DNA from: Synergistaceae bacterium | Lineage (GTDB): Bacteria > Synergistota > Synergistia > Synergistales > Synergistaceae | Reading direction: 5' to 3' | DNA: 64,000 bases | Assembly: GCA_045617925.1 (NCBI GenBank) | Contig: JAZLJR010000053.1 | Location: 11,206-75,205, forward strand | Shown: positions 59,475 through 64,000 of the stretch, piece by piece | Numbering within the stretch: position 1 is the stretch's first letter | How the letters are laid out: every line of letters starts with the position of its first letter | The notes under the pieces: generated by a model | What the model was told of the DNA's origin: nothing | Databases searched by the model: none | Seen by the model: the letters and a program-made list of their open reading frames with translations, nothing else | Made by a program: the position numbers and the translations under genes

Positions 59475-60284
59475 TTATGCTTCAACTGTTTCTTTTGGTT
59501 CAGCTTCTGTGGCTTCGGCTTCGGTTGTAACCTCTGCTTCTGCCTTTGGCTCTTCTGCTTGCACTTTTGCTTCAGCAGGTTGCTCAGTTTGTGGAGCGTC
59601 AATTCCCTGCTTGCCTTCAATGAAAGCGTTTGCCATTGCAGCAACGATGAGTTCAATTGCTCTGATAGCATCGTCATTACCTGGGATTGGGAAATCAATT
59701 GGGTCTGGGTCGCAGTTTGTATCAATAATAGCAATTACAGGAATACCAAGTTTCTTTGCTTCTCTTACTGCATTCTCTTCACGATGTGGATCAATAACAA
59801 AAAGAACATCTGGAATGTTGTTCATTTCTTTGATACCGACAAGATATTTCTCAAGCTTGTCTTTCTCCTTGAGCATCGTAACGATTTCTTTCTTTGGATA
59901 CTTATTGATGCTACCGTCTTCAACTGCACGCTCAATCTCTTTCATCTTCTGCACACGTTTCTGAATGGTTGCAAAGTTTGTTAAGAGACCGCCCAACCAA
60001 CGCTGATTGATGTAGAACTGACCGCAACGTGCTGCTTCATCACGAATAGGATCCTGTGCCTGGCGCTTTGTGCCGACAAAGAGAACAGTGCCACCCTCTT
60101 TTGCAACTTCGCGAACAAAGTCATAGGCCTTTTCAAGTCCCTTGACTGTCTTCTGCAAGTCAATGATATAAATTCCGTTACGCTCTGTGAAAATGAATGG
60201 TTTCATTTTCGGGTTCCAACGTCTTGTCTGGTGACCAAAGTGCACACCAGATTCAAGAAGTTGCTTCATACTTACTACTGCCAT
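59475..60284 (-). CDS. rpsB: 30S ribosomal protein S2 with an acidic Ala/Glu-rich C-terminal tail
   Basis: [27 protein letters not shown] at 60284 after AGGAGG. Confidence 0.95.
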   Translation of the reverse strand: MAVVSMKQLLESGVHFGHQTRRWNPKMKPFIFTERNGIYIIDLQKTVKGLEKAYDFVREVAKEGGTVLFVGTKRQAQDPIRDEAARCGQFYINQRWLGGLLTNFATIQKRVQKMKEIERAVEDGSINKYPKKEIVTMLKEKDKLEKYLVGIKEMNNIPDVLFVIDPHREENAVREAKKLGIPVIAIIDTNCDPDPIDFPIPGNDDAIRAIELIVAAMANAFIEGKQGIDAPQTEQPAEAKVQAEEPKAEAEVTTEAEATEAEPKETVEA

Positions 60285-60396
60285 AATGTTTCCTCCTTTG
60301 TTTTTTTCCTCCGAGAATTTCAACTTCAAACTCCCCCACTCTTGTGGGAACAAAATTTAAATCCATTCTCGTGTGTTATTTATTACACGGCGAGAG

Positions 60397-60405
60397 ATTA
60401 TACCA
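60397..60405 (-). promoter_or_regulatory. extended -10 element of the candidate rpsB promoter
   Basis: The minus strand reads TGgTATAAT. It lies about 105 nt upstream of the rpsB ATG. The -35 is weak. Confidence 0.45.
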
Positions 60406-60549
60406 CAAAATTGTAATTTTTGTTGAATTTATTTGATTTTTTACGAAAATTTTATGTTTTTTGAAAACTGGCATAAAAAAAGCAAGAGGCGCTAACTCTC
60501 GTCCCTTGCTAATAGGGTTCAATAATTTTATAAAAGCTATTTTTATAAA

Positions 60550-60750
60550 TTACAGTTTCTGAACGTTCGTTGCTTGTGAGCCTTTTTCGCCATCTGTGAC
60601 GTCAAAGCTAACTTTCTGACCTTCGTCCAATGTCTTGAAACCATCGCCCTGGATTGCTGAGAAGTGAACAAAAACATCGTTACCATCTTCTGTTGTGATG
60701 AATCCGTAACCCTTTGTTGCGTTGAACCATTTTACTGTTCCGTTAGCCAT
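60550..60750 (-). CDS. cspA: cold-shock protein (CspA family)
   Basis: GTVKWFN..KGYGFI and [11 protein letters not shown] motifs. Confidence 0.9.
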   Translation of the reverse strand: MANGTVKWFNATKGYGFITTEDGNDVFVHFSAIQGDGFKTLDEGQKVSFDVTDGEKGSQATNVQKL

Positions 60751-60803
60751 GATAACTGGAACCTCCTTAGAAGTTATACAACTACAAATATGTAATTGTG
60801 CGA

Positions 60804-60832
60804 ATTTTAACCAGTTTATACAAATTTGTCAA
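60804..60832 (-). promoter_or_regulatory. promoter of cspA
   Basis: On the minus strand: TTGACA (60832-60827), 17-nt spacer, TAAAAT (60809-60804). Confidence 0.6.
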
Positions 60833-60910
60833 GCGAAAATTTTTGTTTAATAAATTATCAAAATATTGCTCAATTTGATATGTAACACAACAAATAAAGG
60901 CACATAAAAA

Positions 60911-60954
60911 CAGCCATAAGAACCACAAAATGTCCTTTGTATTTCTTATGGCTG
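60911..60954 (-). terminator. intrinsic terminator after argF
   Basis: 12-bp stem CAGCCATAAGAA / TTCTTATGGCTG with additional internal pairing. On the minus strand it is followed by TTTTT. Confidence 0.7.
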
Positions 60955-60978
60955 ATAATTTACCCCACAATTATTGTT

Positions 60979-61926
60979 TTAACAGAAACTTGCAACCATT
61001 ACCGCCTTGATTGTGTGCATTCTGTTTTCTGCTTCGTCAAAGACATGTGAATATTTTGATTCAAACACTTCTTCTGTAACTTCATATCCTTTTACTGCTG
61101 GCAAACAATGTAGGAAGATAACATTGTCATTGCCAGTATTTTTTATCATTTCCATATTTATTTGGTAAGGAGATAGGATTGTTTTTCTTTCCGCAAGCTT
61201 TTCTTCCTCTCCCATGGAAGCCCAAACATCTGTATAAAGCACATCTGCCCCACTAACACCTGTGACAGGATTATCTGTAAGGGTAACAGTGCCACTGCTT
61301 TGAGTCTCTTCTGCAATTTTTTCACATTCTACAACCAAATTTGCATCAGGGAAAAGCTCTTTTGGCGACACACAAACATAATGCAGCCCCATTTTAACAG
61401 CACCAATCATAAGAGAATTCGACATATTATTTCTGCCGTCGCCAACATAAACAAAGCGAATTCCTTTAAGGTGTCCAAAGATTTCTTTTATTGTGAGAAA
61501 ATCTGCCAAAACTTGCGTTGGATGGTATTCATCTGTAAGACCGTTCCAAACTGGAACGCCAGAAAATTTTGCAAGTGCTTCAACCGTCTTTTGGCTAAAT
61601 CCTCTAAACTCTATTCCGTCAAACATACGCCCAAGCACACGTGCTGTGTCTTGTATATCTTCCTTATGCCCAAGCTGAATATCGTTTTTGCCAAGATATT
61701 CCGCATTAGCCCCCTCGTCCTGTGCACCAACAGTGAAGGCACAACGTGTGCGTGTTGAAGGTTTTTCAAAAATTAGTGCAATGTTTTTGCCATCCATAAG
61801 ATGACCACGCACACCGCTCTTTTTCTTTGCCTTGAGCTCCGTAGCTAAATCCAGCAAATATTCAATTTCAGATGGTGTATGGTGCTTTAATGTTAATAGA
61901 TGTCTGCCTTTTAATGATACTTTCAT
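60979..61926 (-). CDS. argF: ornithine carbamoyltransferase
   Basis: STRTR, HPTQ, and HCLPA motifs. Confidence 0.85.
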   Translation of the reverse strand: MKVSLKGRHLLTLKHHTPSEIEYLLDLATELKAKKKSGVRGHLMDGKNIALIFEKPSTRTRCAFTVGAQDEGANAEYLGKNDIQLGHKEDIQDTARVLGRMFDGIEFRGFSQKTVEALAKFSGVPVWNGLTDEYHPTQVLADFLTIKEIFGHLKGIRFVYVGDGRNNMSNSLMIGAVKMGLHYVCVSPKELFPDANLVVECEKIAEETQSSGTVTLTDNPVTGVSGADVLYTDVWASMGEEEKLAERKTILSPYQINMEMIKNTGNDNVIFLHCLPAVKGYEVTEEVFESKYSHVFDEAENRMHTIKAVMVASFC

Positions 61927-61949
61927 TTTTTACTCCAATTTCTATTTTA

Positions 61950-62999
61950 TTATTCAAATGTTTTGAGAATAGAAAGAATTTTGTTTTCAAAATCATCCTC
62001 AGAAATTCTTTCAACAAATTTTCCTTTTTTGAAAATGATTAAGCCGTCTGGACTTCCTGCAATGCCTAGGTCTGCTCCGTTAGCTTCTTTTGGTCCATTC
62101 ACTTCGCACCCCATAACGGCAATTGTCAGTCCCTTGTATGATGTTGGAGGAAGAACAATTCTTAAACGCTTAACAAGCTCTACGACGGAAGCTTTACGCC
62201 TGCCACAGGTTGGACAGGAAATAAGTTTCCATCCACGGCTACGAAGCCCTAATGATTGCAAAATGTTGTAGCCAGTTTCTACTTCCACGCTGGGATCATC
62301 TGACAAACTAACACGTATTGTATCACCAATTCCCTGTGCTAACATTTGACTGATGCCAATTGCTCCCTGCACCACTCCACTATTGCCAGAGCCAGCCTCT
62401 GTTATGCCAATGTGAAATGGAAATGGATATTTTTGCGAAAGTAAATAATTTGCTCTAACTGTGTCTGTTATGTTGGAAGATTTTGCAGATAAAATCATAT
62501 TATCAAACTTATAGGATAAAAGCATTTCTGCTTGTCTGTCAACTGCATTAAAAAGAGCAAGAGATCTGTCTCTATTAGTCTCTGCAAGCTGTGCATTGTT
62601 TAGTGAACCACCATTTGCCCCAATTCTTATTACGACTCCTTTATCTTTTGCCGTTTCAATCACACGGGAAAGCAGATCTTTTTGAGTCATATTTCCAGGA
62701 TTTATACGAATTGACTTTAGACCAGCTTCCATTGCAGCAAGAGCAAGCTTCGGGTCAAAATGAATATCTGCCATAAGTTCTGCATGGGAATTTTTAACAA
62801 CCTCTGCAAGATTATCCTTGAGCGAAATATCCGGAAAGGCAATACGTATGATTTCACATCCTTCGCTATGTAACTTATTGGCACTTTCAATACAAGCAGA
62901 AACATCCAAAAGTCGAGTCTTTAACATACTCTCAACACGTATAGGATTTTTTCCACCTACTGCAATGTTACCTATCTTGACACTTTGTATAGAAGCCAT
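61950..62999 (-). CDS. ispG: 4-hydroxy-3-methylbut-2-en-1-yl diphosphate synthase
   Basis: TIM-barrel domain (RIN.GN) and C-terminal 4Fe-4S cysteines (SCPTCGR, GC.VNGP.E). Confidence 0.9.
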   Translation of the reverse strand: MASIQSVKIGNIAVGGKNPIRVESMLKTRLLDVSACIESANKLHSEGCEIIRIAFPDISLKDNLAEVVKNSHAELMADIHFDPKLALAAMEAGLKSIRINPGNMTQKDLLSRVIETAKDKGVVIRIGANGGSLNNAQLAETNRDRSLALFNAVDRQAEMLLSYKFDNMILSAKSSNITDTVRANYLLSQKYPFPFHIGITEAGSGNSGVVQGAIGISQMLAQGIGDTIRVSLSDDPSVEVETGYNILQSLGLRSRGWKLISCPTCGRRKASVVELVKRLRIVLPPTSYKGLTIAVMGCEVNGPKEANGADLGIAGSPDGLIIFKKGKFVERISEDDFENKILSILKTFE

Positions 63000-63012
63000 T
63001 CTCTCACCTCAT

Positions 63013-64000
63013 TTATTTAAGAAAGAGTTTGTAAATATCAAATCCCGTAACCCAAATTACAAGGAGTATAAGCAAGACAAAACCAGCGAGATTTATTGCA
63101 TTCTCATATTTTGCCGGTAATTTTTTACCCGTTAACATTTCTGGCAATACAAATAAAATTCGTCCCCCATCCAATGCAGGAAATGGCAAGAGATTAAATA
63201 TACCAAGATTAAGATTTGTCATTGCTATAAAAGCAACAAAACTCCAGAAGCCAGACGAAAAAGCATCCCCAGCCATAGTTGCAATTCCAACAGGTCCTGC
63301 CACATCAGCCTTGATTTTTCTTGTAATCATTTTGTAAATTCCTGTCAAGATTTCCTTTGTCCCCTCAAAAGCGAAGGATAACGAGGTCTTGCAGGATTTT
63401 AAGAAAGAATAACGCAAGTAACTAACAGAAATTCCTAGTAGTCTTCTTCCGCTCTTCTCTACCACTTTTACCTGTTTTGTAAAAATTTTGCCATTGTGCT
63501 CAAATGAAACTTCATAAATACTATTGCCTGGTGTGTTTTCATTCATATTTTTGTAAATATCAGACCATACATAAAGTTGCTTTCCATTTATGGATAAAAT
63601 TTTATCTCCCTTTACAATGCCTATTTCCATTGCAGGAGAACCATCCACCACATCACCAACAACAGTGCTCTTAAAATTAAATGTTCCGTGTGCAAAAAGG
63701 AAAAACGACATCAGAAGCCATGCAAGAAATATATTTACAGTTGCACCAGCTGCCAAAACACAAATTTTTTGTAGCGGTGTTTTATTTGCAAATGACCTTT
63801 CTGGTGGAACAACTACATCTTCGGTAATTTTTTCCGAATTTTCGTCGTCTTCGTCTCTATCCTCACCTTCAAGCTTTACATAGCCACCAATAGGATATGC
63901 ACGAATTGAATATTGCGTTTCTTTACCTTTTTTAGACCAGAGCAAATGCCCCATTCCAAAGGAAAACTCATGAACATAAATGTCAAAAATTTTGGCAACA
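63013..64000 (-). CDS. rseP: RIP metalloprotease RseP (N-terminus lies beyond the window end)
   Basis: The ORF stays open to base 64000 (…HEFSFGMGHLLW upstream of the track start). PDZ domain and C-terminal NLLP..LDGG motif. Confidence 0.85.
   Translation of the reverse strand, partial: VAKIFDIYVHEFSFGMGHLLWSKKGKETQYSIRAYPIGGYVKLEGEDRDEDDENSEKITEDVVVPPERSFANKTPLQKICVLAAGATVNIFLAWLLMSFFLFAHGTFNFKSTVVGDVVDGSPAMEIGIVKGDKILSINGKQLYVWSDIYKNMNENTPGNSIYEVSFEHNGKIFTKQVKVVEKSGRRLLGISVSYLRYSFLKSCKTSLSFAFEGTKEILTGIYKMITRKIKADVAGPVGIATMAGDAFSSGFWSFVAFIAMTNLNLGIFNLLPFPALDGGRILFVLPEMLTGKKLPAKYENAINLAGFVLLILLVIWVTGFDIYKLFLK

Noticed and set aside
59260-59964. 234-aa plus-strand ORF (Ser/Ala/Phe-rich) overlapping tsf and rpsB in antisense
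   Set aside because: It is entirely antisense to two unambiguous ribosomal or translation genes. It is low-complexity, has no SD and no recognisable family. This is the typical shadow ORF of an acidic, Lys-rich coding region.
60782-60970. 62-aa minus-strand ORF between argF and cspA
   Set aside because: It spans the argF terminator hairpin and the cspA promoter. It has no SD and a hydrophobic composition typical of AT-rich non-coding DNA.

Overview
AT-rich bacterial chromosomal window made up almost entirely of core housekeeping genes. The operon organisation looks Firmicute-like: rimP-nusA-ylxR-ylxQ-infB-rbfA-nrnA-truB-ribF, gap-pgk-tpiA, rpsB-tsf-pyrH-frr and ybaB-recR. It also carries a two-component-regulated MacAB/TolC-type tripartite efflux module, and serS and cysS lack T-box leaders, so the host is probably a low-GC diderm lineage. 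I cannot assign a taxon from sequence alone. I can support about 60 CDS, 9 tRNA genes in 5 transcription units, several near-consensus sigma70 promoters and many intrinsic terminators. I saw no CRISPR array, transposase, phage gene or recognisable defence island. The items most worth a second look are: (1) a 76-aa ORF between dnaE and rlmN that aligns without gaps to the Bacillus TRAP (MtrB) RNA-binding attenuation protein but has substitutions at ligand and RNA contact positions and a non-canonical context; (2) a RapZ homolog reduced to its C-terminal domain only, next to a membrane-anchored YvcK; (3) a membrane-anchored NodB-type polysaccharide deacetylase split by a frameshift in an A10 homopolymer, directly upstream of a bactofilin gene; (4) a GT26 (TagA/WecG) glycosyltransferase fused to a large polytopic domain with degenerate WecA/TagO-like motifs; (5) translational coupling of the uncharacterised radical-SAM YgiQ with a ThiM-like kinase. 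All family calls come from reading the translations against remembered family motifs. No database search was possible.
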